Shown here in pieces: positions 44,401-55,546 of a stretch of 64,000 nt of DNA. The position numbers and the translations under genes were made by a program. Origin of the DNA: Ancylonema sp. (taxonomy: Eukaryota); NCBI GenBank assembly GCA_050230475.1, contig JBFLGF010000103.1, positions 1-64,000 on the forward strand, given 5' to 3'. The notes beneath the pieces were generated by a model. The model saw only the letters and a program-made list of their open reading frames with translations. It searched no databases and was not told the DNA's origin. Within the stretch, counting starts at the first letter, position 1; every line of letters begins with the position of its first letter.

Positions 44401-46972
44401 CTGCGCCAGGAGAACGACCCAGGATTTTCGCGAGAAGTCATCTGTGAGGACGAAAAGGTACCGTGAACCTCCCCACGATGCTGGCTTGATTTGTCCTGCC
44501 AGGTCGGCATGCACAAGCTGGAGAGGAGCGTCTGCCCTGTAGGCGGGATTTTTCGTCGGGTGCGGCTTCGCGAGAGGTTTGCCGAGCATGCAGCCGCGGC
44601 ACGTGCCAAGCTCGCCGAGGTGCCGTTCGAGACCGCGGACCAGGCTCCCTCGTGTCTGTTGATGTAGAGTAGATAGAGCAGCACGACCAGTACGACGATG
44701 TAGGAGGTCGAGCTTGATTGCAGGGGAGGCTTTCGTAGAAGGAACAGATGCTTGTGACACGGCCTCGGCTTCGGCAGAATTTGCCGCAACGGAGGGAGCA
44801 GGGGCGACAGCTGGGTCCCCAGTGACGTCAGCAGCTGCAGCAGCCTGCTCCGCGGCGGATTCAGTCGCACCTGAACTTGGGAAAGAAATGGAAGGAGAAG
44901 TGTAGTCAGCCGAGTCGTAGAGAAGGGTCCGGCAATTCAGGGTTGGTCTCCCTAGGATGCTTTCGTCTAAGCTTCCTATAAAATCGCCTGATCTATTGAG
45001 CATCCAAATTGTACCAATGTCTGATGAGTATTGTAATCTGATGCTGGCCTGCCTCATCCTCTTGAATGCTCTGAATAAATTTACCCTAAGGTCAGGCACA
45101 TACAAAGCATCGTGAAGATCAATTTGAACCACCTCTTCTCCGCACGCACTCATTCTCACACTGAATTTTTACTGTTCCACTTTGCATAACCGGGACGGGA
45201 CTTCGCCTACAAGCTGCCCTGCTGCCTGGCCTGACTATGATGGGCTCTGCTCTGGCAGCTGCCTGACATCCCACACAGCATTCGCAAGTCATTGCAAATA
45301 TGCCTGCTAGCTCCGCTATCAGCTAAACCACTCATTCCTGGAACCATTGCAAATTTCACCAGCCTCTACTTACAATCTCAGCAGCCATTGCCTCATGCGA
45401 ATTTTTAAGAGCTAATGCCTTTTTCGTCACTCCTGAACTGAACCTTCTTTGGAGTGCCCCCGGAAGTCGAAGGCTGATTAACTGTGTAGCCTTGTGCGTC
45501 GTAGCTGACGCCTGGCCCCCACTGCTGCACATATGTGCCAGGTGCCCCTTTTTCTTGCAAACATTACAGCTTAGTTCTTCGGGCATTTTGCGAAAAGGTG
45601 CAGGGTGCTTCCGCAACAGAAGCATGGATGAGCTGATCCTGGCTGAAGAGCTTCTCGTCTTGGCTGCTGCTGCTGGCCCTGCTGCTGCCCCTGAACTCGT
45701 CTCTGGCCACCTGTCGATGGCTGTCTCGTCCGCCGCTTGTTGTCCGCAAAATTCGCTTCAGTATGCTCTTTCTCATCCCTCGCCTCCCACTTTTCCGCAA
45801 GAATGATCATCTGCTGGAAAATGATTGCTGTTGTCGGCAGAGGCGCTTGCAGGGATATCGAATCTATGAAAGTCCTCCAACGCTCGGTCGGGTGCGTCAG
45901 CAAAACTGTCGTTTTCTGCATTTCTGTCAGTACGATTCCCTGTAAAGCGCATTCTGTAACCAGACCATCATAGCGTTGCCTGATCTGATGAACTGTTTCC
46001 TCCGGGATTGAAAGAAAATGCCTGAAATCTCTGATGCGCGTTGATCGCCTTGGAAGCCGTAATGACACGTGGTCTTCAGCGAGCTTGGTCCATTGCTCGC
46101 TGCCGTGTTGTACGCTACAGGGTCATCACGTCTTCGGCTCCTAGGAGAGCAGAATCATTGAATTCGCTGTTGCCTCGTTGACGGCATACTGGTCGAAGGC
46201 CACGCGAGAAGCGTCAACCGGAGCTTGTGTCACGCCAGCGTTAGCTGCTATGGCGGGCCCGACGTTCTCTGCGGCTACGCCCATCGCGGCGGCCATGGCG
46301 GGGACACCGGGGACAGCTGGAGTGGCTCCTGACCCGAGTACGAGAATTGGCCCGGGTACTTGCACAGTTCCCATGACGTGCACCCAAATCTTTCTTCTCG
46401 AGTAACAACTGCTCGATGAGCGAACTCCAGTACCTGTAGTTCCCTTCTTTCAAAACGAGGCGCGGCTTTAGGTAACTGTCGTCACCTTTGCTCTGATACC
46501 AATTGAAATCCCATCAGCCATACTGGACTGAGGAATACTTTACATGAGAATATTCGTGTCAAACAAGAATAACTCGTTGCTCAAAAGCAACCATCATAAT
46601 ACACATGGTACAAACCCGTTGGCAAAGTAGAATGCACCAAAATGAATTATCTTGAATGTTGTCGAAATGCATACAAGTATCAAAACTAGAATAGACGGAA
46701 GGATGTTGCACAAACTATGCATGAAAGGTCAAATAACTACCTAACTTCCGTCATGTGAAAGGTCATGTGAATGACCATTGAACTTCCCATGTCGTATGCA
46801 CGATACTTGCGCTCGCGCTAATTAACCTAGCAATGCAGTCGACCAATGAAATAACTACATTTCTTATACAAAAAATGATGAGTATCCGTTCGCGTTATAA
46901 CGAGCTAAGTGACCTCTCTGTATAACCAAAGTCTATTCACTAGTGCGAACCTCGCTCTATTAGTGATCTTCA
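41450..46972 (-). mobile_element. Full-length but degenerate Ty1/copia LTR retrotransposon
   Basis: LTRs 41450-41926 and 46504-46972 (TG...CA). PBS TGGTATCAGAGC (tRNA-iMet type) at 46501-46490, PPT at 41927-41940. Domain order is gag (two CCHC knuckles), PR (DSGAS), INT (HADL, RTDNGGEF, NGVAERMNR), RT (QMDVSTAFL, LYGLKQ, YVDD), RNaseH (STEAEY, CDNQS). Several frameshifts. Confidence 0.96.
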
Positions 46973-47189
46973 ATCCCCCTCTTGCGGGTCGATCTACGCT
47001 TCGCCAACGCCAGTGCGATGTAGTTGCATATCGTCAGTAGCAAGGGGCGTCGGATACGATCAGAGAATCAGCCGGAGGTGGCAGCCAAGGAGCCACAGTA
47101 AGCGGGTCAGGACAGATCAGGGCAGAGGGGATCATGGCGGGAAGTGACGGCTGAGTTACGAACCAACGTGATTGGATAGCGAGAACGGG

Positions 47190-47410
47190 CATGTCGTCTT
47201 CGGTGTCGTCTTGGGTAAAGAAAATATACCCAAGACGACTGTCATCTTGGGTACATTAAAGAGGCGAAACTAGTTAGCGAAGATGACATAAACTGCGCAA
47301 CGTCTTCGGTGTCGTCTTGGGTATGACATAAGCTCTGCTTTTTCGAGTTTTTTCGAAGCGAAACCAGGCGCAACTCCTTCGGTGTCGTCTTGGGGATGGC
47401 ATAAGCAATG
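47190..47410. repeat. Cluster of CTTCGGTGTCGTCTTGGG repeats with a hairpin; probable transposon end
   Basis: Direct copies at ~47198, ~47304 and ~47377; an inverted TACCCAAGACGAC at 47227 forms a 13-bp stem. Confidence 0.65.
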
Positions 47411-47719
47411 CTCTAACGTTTTCGTTCAATTTACGTTTTCATCATTTTAAGCTCAGTTGTCGATTGCGCGTTTAACGGTAATTGCGTGAAATTTACGGTC
47501 ATTCTTTCACCCGGATCGGGGATTCACAACCCTTGTGCCAACGCCTGTGATTGTTGGTTCGCGCATTCTGTACTCGGACTGAAGAAGCCACAACGGATCT
47601 ATGGCAGGGTGGCAGATCTGACGGCTCACCATGCACTGTAAAATCTTTATCGTCACGCGAAGCTCCGTCGGTCCACCACGCTGTCAGCTGCAACCTGGGC
47701 ACAAGTGGCAGATGGTGGT

Positions 47720-47770
47720 GTTGATGTTGACGTTGACGTTGACGTTGACGTTGACGTTGACGTTGACGTT
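47720..47770. repeat. (GTTGAC)n microsatellite
   Basis: About 8 units; a degenerate counterpart lies at ~50350-50400. Confidence 0.9.
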
Positions 47771-48602
47771 GCTGTTCTCGTCGAAACATCTCCTGACGTG
47801 CCATCTTCGCAGGGGTAATTACGTCGACACGAGTTCCCAAGATTAAGATTACCTCGATTAACCACCACTTCAGTATCGTAGTATCGTAGGATGTAAGCCT
47901 ATTCCGTATGTTTCACGTTGTCGTCGTGAATAGTGGTCATCGTATGTGGATTCCTTAGTCTGGATGTCTGAAAATAAGTATTTCATTTTCAGTTTCTTCT
48001 AGCTCGCATTATTCTCGAATGTCACGTACTCTTGCTCAGATTTTTTCTTTTGAATCCGTCGTATCAGATTACTGAGCGCTTCTACCACCTGAGCGGGTAC
48101 ATTGTGAAGCTATGCTGCCACTTCAGCGCATCTCCGCGTAGTTTGTGCACCTTTTGCGCGTCAGAACTGCATGGCTATCGAAGGGGGGCCAAATGGCACA
48201 GAAAGGTACATTATAATTGTCTTTGCCTCCCGAATATTCATCCGGTACTCTTTGAAATCGATCCCCGGGGAGAGCATTGGGGACGAAAAACTTGATTATA
48301 AACTCGATCTGGATCGCAATCTCACGCATTATAAAATAGCATGCAAGTGGACTTGAATGGCAGGAGGAAAACTGGGGGAGCAAAAATCTCAATCAATACA
48401 TCCATCATCCCTGTGCCTCTTCTGTTCAAAAGTCACAGTTTGAGCTATCCCTGGTCGAATTTATCGAGTACGCGCGTGCCCTCTTGAAAAGTCTGCCTCC
48501 ACTCGTAATGGAGACGAAATAAGGGGTGTTACGAATCAGAGTAACATCTCGAACTTTTTCCTCATCTCCTCATCTCCTCTCCTTCTTCCCGGCTTTTCGA
48601 CG

Positions 48603-49233
48603 GTGTCCCTGTGCAGGCTGTGTCGTCTTCTATTGGTGTTTCTCTGCGGTGCCCTGTTTCCGTTCGTTATGGAGATGTTCTTTCTCCACCCCTATCGCTC
48701 CTACTACTCTCCTGGTGCTCCCCTGTCTTCTTCTCTGGTCGTCGACATCCACACCCACACCCCCTCGGTTGATTACGGGGAGGAAAGTAGTCCTGCAACC
48801 TCCCCACCCGTGTGTTGGGCGGGCCCTCTGTTGGACCCATTGAACGGAAGTGTGTGGATTGGTGGCTCTGGGTGTCGCGAGTGCTGGGTGGGGGAGGCAT
48901 GCTCCTTTGTGCTGCGCTTTACCACTCCAGCCCTGTTTCAGCTCAAGGACAACAAGCAGGCGGATGTGATGGTGACGTTGAGGGGGCCCTCCATTATGAC
49001 TGCCCATGCCCGACCACGTGTGCAGGCCCCCGGGGAAGCCATGGTCGCCTTCGTGGTGACATACCAGAGCTGGGACGCAGGGGTGTACATGGCCAGCATC
49101 GACGGGGACTGCTCTCTGGGGGGGGATGGGAGCCTGGTCCACACCCTGGCGCACTTATCCATCCGAGTCAGGAAAGCAGTGCGAGGCACCACCCGATCCC
49201 TGCCCCCACCTTCGCCCTGCCAGCTGGGCATCT
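48603..49233 (+). pseudogene. Truncated identical copy of the 5' part of the SGNH-like gene, ending at the N at 49234
   Basis: ~47930-49233 equals ~50530-51832 (offset 2599) and stops exactly at the N. Confidence 0.8.
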
Positions 49234-49570
49234 NACGCTCATTAGCAACCCAACCCGACGCACCTTTATAACGACAATGGTTATAACAGGTTTCTCACAC
49301 GTATTAAGGATCCGATAGTATATTGTACGACAGTCGATTGTATTGCAGAGGTCGCTAGCACATGCAATACATGCTAGAATCCTACTTCTAGAGCAGTCCA
49401 TGGCCTTGTTTCATCCTCCCCCGCCACGCGTTCCGCTTTGTCTTCGGAGTTCCATTTTGTCGCCAGTTTCGGCTAGTGTGCTAGGCTTTCATATTTTTCG
49501 TTTTTAGGATATGTAGTTTCTCTACACGCACATTCTTGTAATGAGATGGGGTTCCCGTCGTTTTTCAATA

Positions 49571-50107
49571 CCGTAGAGGCGCTTGATTAACGCGCGTAAT
49601 TAATTCGAAAAGTTGGCGCGACGTTTTTTAATAAATATTTTTGGCCACGCGTTAGCTCAAAATGCTAACTTTTAATAAAAATTTATTTTGACGCGTTAGG
49701 TTTTTTTAAAGAAAAAAATCACCGGCGTTTGCGGAGGTTTACGCGTGCAAAATATTTGGACGATAACTACCATACACACTTCACTTGTGCACGGAGAATA
49801 ATTTCGAAAGCGGATTACGGAGTAAGAATCTTCTACACAAAACGGACACTAGGCTGTCGACCAATGGGGAGACGGCTTTAAGCGAACGAAAGACGACAAG
49901 TTCGCTATGTGTAACAAAAAAACAAAACAAAAAAGGTCTCAGAAAAAACCAAAAAAAAAACCCCCCAAAAAAACCCCCCCGAAAAATAAAACCGCACGAT
50001 AGACCGCGTGATTGGTTTTAATAATTACTATTTTCCGGCGCGTTAGCCCGCGCGTTAGCTTTATTAATTAAGTTTCGAGGTCGCGCGTTGATCAAGCGCC
50101 TCTACGG
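49571..50107. mobile_element. Tc1/mariner-type MITE, 537 bp
   Basis: 26-bp TIR CCGTAGAGGCGCTTGAT(T/C)AACGCGCG, TA at 49569-70 and 50108-09, and internal CGCGTT repeats. Confidence 0.92.
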
Positions 50108-51201
50108 TAATAAACAATTCTCGATATTGTCGGCACTCTGTAGAATCAAGGTATCGTATCCATCCGTTATTCCTGTGATTGTTGTGATTGTTGGTTTGCG
50201 CATTCTGTACTCGGACTGAAGAAACTACAACGGATCTATGGCAGGGTGGCGGATCTGACGGCTCACCATGCACCGTAAAATCTTTCTTGTCACGCGAAGC
50301 TCGGTCGGTCCACCACGCTGTCAGCTGCAATCTAAGCAAAAGCGGCAGATGTAGATGTTGATGTCGATGTCGAGGTGATGTTAACGTTGACGTTGACTTT
50401 GCTGTCCTTGCCGGAACATCTCCTGACGTGACAACTTCGGATTAAGATTGCCTCGATTAACCACCACTTCGGTATCGAAGGATCGTAGGATGTAAGCCTG
50501 TTTCACATGTTTCACGTTGTTGCCGTGCGTAGTGGTCATCGTATGTGGATTCCTTAGTCTGGATGTCTGAAAATAAGTATTTCATTTTCAGTTTCTTCTA
50601 GCTCGCATTATTCTCGAATGTCACGTACTCTTGCTCAGATTTTTTCTTTTGAATCCGTCGTATCAGATTACTGAGCGCTTCTACCACCTGAGCGGGTACA
50701 TTGTGAAGCTATGCTGCCACTTCAGCGCATCTCCGCGTAGTTTGTGCACCTTTTGCGCGTCAGAACTGCATGGCTATCGAAGGGGGGCCAAATGGCACAG
50801 AAAGGTACATTATAATTGTCTTTGCCTCCCGAATATTCATCCGGTACTCTTTGAAATCGATCCCCGGGGAGAGCATTGGGGACGAAAAACTTGATTATAA
50901 ACTCGATCTGGATCGCAATCTCACGCATTATAAAATAGCATGCAAGTGGACTTGAATGGCAGGAGGAAAACTGGGGGAGCAAAAATCTCAATCAATACAT
51001 CCATCATCCCTGTGCCTCTTCTGTTCAAAAGTCACAGTTTGAGCTATCCCTGGTCGAATTTATCGAGTACGCGCGTGCCCTCTTGAAAAGTCTGCCTCCA
51101 CTCGTAATGGAGACGAAATAAGGGGTGTTACGAATCAGAGTAACATCTCGAACTTTTTCCTCATCTCCTCATCTCCTCTCCTTCTTCCCGGCTTTTCGAC
51201 G

Positions 51202-53273
51202 GTGTCCCTGTGCAGGCTGTGTCGTCTTCTATTGGTGTTTCTCTGCGGTGCCCTGTTTCCGTTCGTTATGGAGATGTTCTTTCTCCACCCCTATCGCTCC
51301 TACTACTCTCCTGGTGCTCCCCTGTCTTCTTCTCTGGTCGTCGACATCCACACCCACACCCCCTCGGTTGATTACGGGGAGGAAAGTAGTCCTGCAACCT
51401 CCCCACCCGTGTGTTGGGCGGGCCCTCTGTTGGACCCATTGAACGGAAGTGTGTGGATTGGTGGCTCTGGGTGTCGCGAGTGCTGGGTGGGGGAGGCATG
51501 CTCCTTTGTGCTGCGCTTTACCACTCCAGCCCTGTTTCAGCTCAAGGACAACAAGCAGGCGGATGTGATGGTGACGTTGAGGGGGCCCTCCATTATGACT
51601 GCCCATGCCCGACCACGTGTGCAGGCCCCCGGGGAAGCCATGGTCGCCTTCGTGGTGACATACCAGAGCTGGGACGCAGGGGTGTACATGGCCAGCATCG
51701 ACGGGGACTGCTCTCTGGGGGGGGATGGGAGCCTGGTCCACACCCTGGCGCACTTATCCATCCGAGTCAGGAAAGCAGTGCGAGGCACCACCCGATCCCT
51801 GCCCCCACCTTCGCCCTGCCAGCTGGGCATCTATGCTCGATGGAGGGTGTACAGGAATTTTGTCCGCCTGGCTCCCTACAAGTGTGCCAAGGGGTGGGCA
51901 GGCCTGGACAGCTTTGCTTCGTCTATGATGGATGCGGGCGTTGCGGAGATAGCTCTGATAGGGGACAGTCACATGCGCGGACTATTCTACATGCTCCAGT
52001 ACCAGGGGATGGGTATGGTGGGGAGGAGGCCGGGTGGGGGGAGGCATAAGGAGACATGTGATGATTGATCACCTCAATGTTGCACCCTCCTTTTGCAGGG
52101 GGAGCACGGACGGACTACAAGCTCCAGGTCGGGTGGCAAGCCGGAAATGCACTGTGGGAAGCGCGACATCCAACCCGGGAGTCCGTGATGAAGCTCCATT
52201 ACTTTTGGCTTGCGGGTATCTACGAGGTGGAGAAAAACGGGTGCCGTCGCGAACCGTGGTTTTCGGGTGGCAACCCGGTGGAGTACCCCCCTTCTGCCGA
52301 CATTGTGATGGTGAATGCTGCGGCATGGAGCTTCTCTGTACGTGCCATGTGCCGTGAGGGGTGGGCAGGGCCGCACGTCTTCCAATTCAGTGCTCACATC
52401 GCTGGTTGGTGGTTGATCGGGTGCAGCGGTGCTCAGAGCCGCGCAAAGCGTATGCGGAGAACTTGGCGCGATTCATGACCGCCTTGTTGGCGCTGCCGCA
52501 CAAGAACTCGACTCAGTTCTGGTGGAAATCCGCACCACCCTTCCCACTCAAGCGAATCACGTGTGATGGAGAGCCACGGAGAAATGCGGACTTCGTTTGG
52601 GCAAACGACCTAGCACGGTGAGGTTTCCAGTTGAAGGGTTGGAATCAATGCTTGGATGCTTGGATGCTGGGATGCTTGGATGCTTGGATGCTTGGATGCT
52701 TGGATGCTTGGATGCTGGGATGCTTGGATGCTTGGATGCTTGGATGCTTGGATGCTTGGATGCTTGGATGCTTGGATGCTTGGATGCTTGGATGCTTGGA
52801 TGCTTGGATGCTTGGATGCTTGGATGCTTGGATGCTTGGATGCTTGGATGCTTGGATGCTTGGATGCTTGGATGCTTGGATGCTTGGATGCTTGGATGCT
52901 TGGATGCTTGGATGCTTGGATGCTTGGATGCTTGGATGCTTGGATGCTTGGATGCTTGGATGCTTGGATGCTTGGATGCTTGGATGCTTGGATGCTGAAT
53001 GTCGACTCTCATGTGCCTCTCAGGAGCATGAGCTCGGCTTACGGGTTCCACTACTTGGACTTGTGGCATCTGGAGGGTGCACGGTACAACGAGTCGTGCA
53101 TGCACAGGAACAAGGAGGACAACACCACCCGCCCCGACCATCACTACATATGTCACAACGAGGGGGACACGTTCGTGTCGGGTGAAATTGGTGAAGCCAC
53201 CACCCGATACCTCGCGCACGCACTCATCAAGGCCGCACAAAGTGGACAGGGTTCAACCGATGCGCATCAGTAG
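51202..53273 (+). CDS. Membrane-anchored SGNH/PC-esterase-like (NXPE/TBL-like) protein; exons ~51202-52012, 52099-52337, 52427-52617, 53024-53273; start uncertain
   Basis: N-terminal hydrophobic segment, IALIGDSHMR (GDS nucleophile motif), DIVMVNAAAW, FWWKSAP, YLDLW and DHHY. GT-AG junctions are in frame. Confidence 0.7.
52648..52996. repeat. Octamer tandem repeat (ATGCTTGG)n, about 43 units, inside intron 52618-53023
   Basis: Nearly perfect array with two ATGCTGGG variants. Confidence 0.97.
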
Positions 53274-55546
53274 CACGGCAGATTTGTAAATACGGCGCGC
53301 GTCTGCCCAAGTCCTCTGTAAGAGCTTCAGCTTGCAGCCTTCAATGGGACAATCGTCCATATTCCACCAAGTTTGTAAAAAGATTCCAGTCCAAAGGACT
53401 GTTTCTTTTACATCACAACCCACCAACCAAGCAATGTAACAAATGATATTGTTTACAAAATGTACATGAGTCGAACTGTCTCCGCCACTCCGATACTCAA
53501 ACAAGCGAACAACAAATCCCCTTGCACGACATCAACATATATAGAAATTACTACTCGGTGTCCTTCCACGACGGCCGCTTAACTCCGCTTAACCACCTTC
53601 ACCCAATGCCAACGCCTTCAGCTCCCCCCTAGAGGGCCCAACTTGAAGTTTCACCTTGAGTGGAACTGCCAACCCCAACCCATGCCGCACTCACACCACT
53701 GCACAGCAGTCCTCCCTTTCACCTCCCTATTACCTTTGAGCTGCGCGGCTTCCACCATGCAGTCCTGCACTCGCCCTGCCACCAAGCGCAAGCAGCTGGG
53801 GTCCACTTCCAAAACCAGTTCATCGTGGATCTGCATGAGCAAGCGGCATCGGCCCCACAGCTCCCCCCCCTCCCTCGTGTGGGCATGGAGGCGAATCATG
53901 GCGATCTTAATGAGGTCAGCAGCCGACCCCTGGCAAACAGAGTTGACAGCCTGGCGGGTTGCCCTGGCCACCTCCCTCCTGTTGTTGTCGTTGATTTTGT
54001 CCAAGTATCGCCTCCGCCCCGCCAGCGTGACCACGTATCCGCGCTTCTTGCACGCCCCCACCTCCTCCTCCATCCACCGCGTCACCCGCGGGTACGTGCC
54101 CACATAGCGGGCTCTCAGACCTGCAGCCTCCTCTGCGCTGCACTCCAACTTCTCTGCCAGGGCCGCCACCCCCATCCCGTACAGCATGCCATACACCAGG
54201 CGCTTGGCCCGCTCCCGCATGGCACCTGACACGGAGGCTGCGGACACCCCTTCCCATTCCGCTGCCAAGTCTCGAAACAAGTCCCCCCCTGCCACGGGTT
54301 CCACTACTTGGACTTGTGGCATCTGGAGGGTGCACGGTACAACGAGTCGTGCATGCACAGGAACAAGGAGGACAACACCACCCGCCCCGACCATCACTAC
54401 ATATGTCACAACGAGGGGGACACGTTCGTGTCGGGTGAAATTGGTGAAGCCACCACCCGATACCTCGCGCACGCACTCATCAAGGCCGCACAAAGTGGAC
54501 AGGGTTCAACCGATGCGCATCAGTAGCACGGCAGATTTGTAAATACGGCGCGCGTCTGCCCAAGTCCTCTGTAAGAGCTTCAGCTTGCAGCCTTCAATGG
54601 GACAATCGTCCATATTCCACCAAGTTTGTAAAAAGATTCCAGTCCAAAGGACTGTTTCTTTTACATCACAACCCACCAACCAAGCAATGTAACAAATGAT
54701 ATTGTTTACAAAATGTACATGAGTCGAACTGTCTCCGCCACTCCGATACTCAAACAAGCGAACAACAAATCCCCTTGCACGACATCAACATATATAGAAA
54801 TTACTACTCGGTGTCCTTCCACGACGGCCGCTTAACTCCGCTTAACCACCTTCACCCAATGCCAACGCCTTCAGCTCCCCCCTAGAGGGCCCAACTTGAA
54901 GTTTCACCTTGAGTGGAACTGCCAACCCCAACCCATGCCGCACTCACACCACTGCACAGCAGTCCTCCCTTTCACCTCCCTATTACCTTTGAGCTGCGCG
55001 GCTTCCACCATGCAGTCCTGCACTCGCCCTGCCACCAAGCGCAAGCAGCTGGGGTCCACTTCCAAAACCAGTTCATCGTGGATCTGCATGAGCAAGCGGC
55101 ATCGGCCCCACAGCTCCCCCCCCTCCCTCGTGTGGGCATGGAGGCGAATCATGGCGATCTTAATGAGGTCAGCAGCCGACCCCTGGCAAACAGAGTTGAC
55201 AGCCTGGCGGGTTGCCCTGGCCACCTCCCTCCTGTTGTTGTCGTTGATTTTGTCCAAGTATCGCCTCCGCCCCGCCAGCGTGACCACGTATCCGCGCTTC
55301 TTGCACGCCCCCACCTCCTCCTCCATCCACCGTGTCACCCGCGGGTAGGCGCCCACAAAGCGGGCTCTCAGACCCGCAGCCTCCTCCGCGCTGCACTCCA
55401 GCTTCTCTGCCAGGGCCGCCACCCCCATCCCATACAGCATGCCATACACCAGGCGCTTGGCCCGCTCCCGCATGGCCCCCGACACGGAAACTGCGGCCAC
55501 CCCCTCCCATTCCGCTGCCAGGTCTCGAAACAAGTCCCCCCCCGCC
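53041..55546. repeat. 1253-bp tandem duplication (53041-54293 and 54294-55546) of the convergent 3' ends of the SGNH-like gene and POLQ
   Basis: Junction ...CCCCTGCC|ACGGGTTCC at 54293/54294; ORFs recur at offset 1253. Confidence 0.95.

Noticed and set aside
52557..53240. Long repetitive ORFs (MLGCLDAW)n and (SKHPSIQA)n
   Set aside because: They are translations of the intronic octamer repeat.
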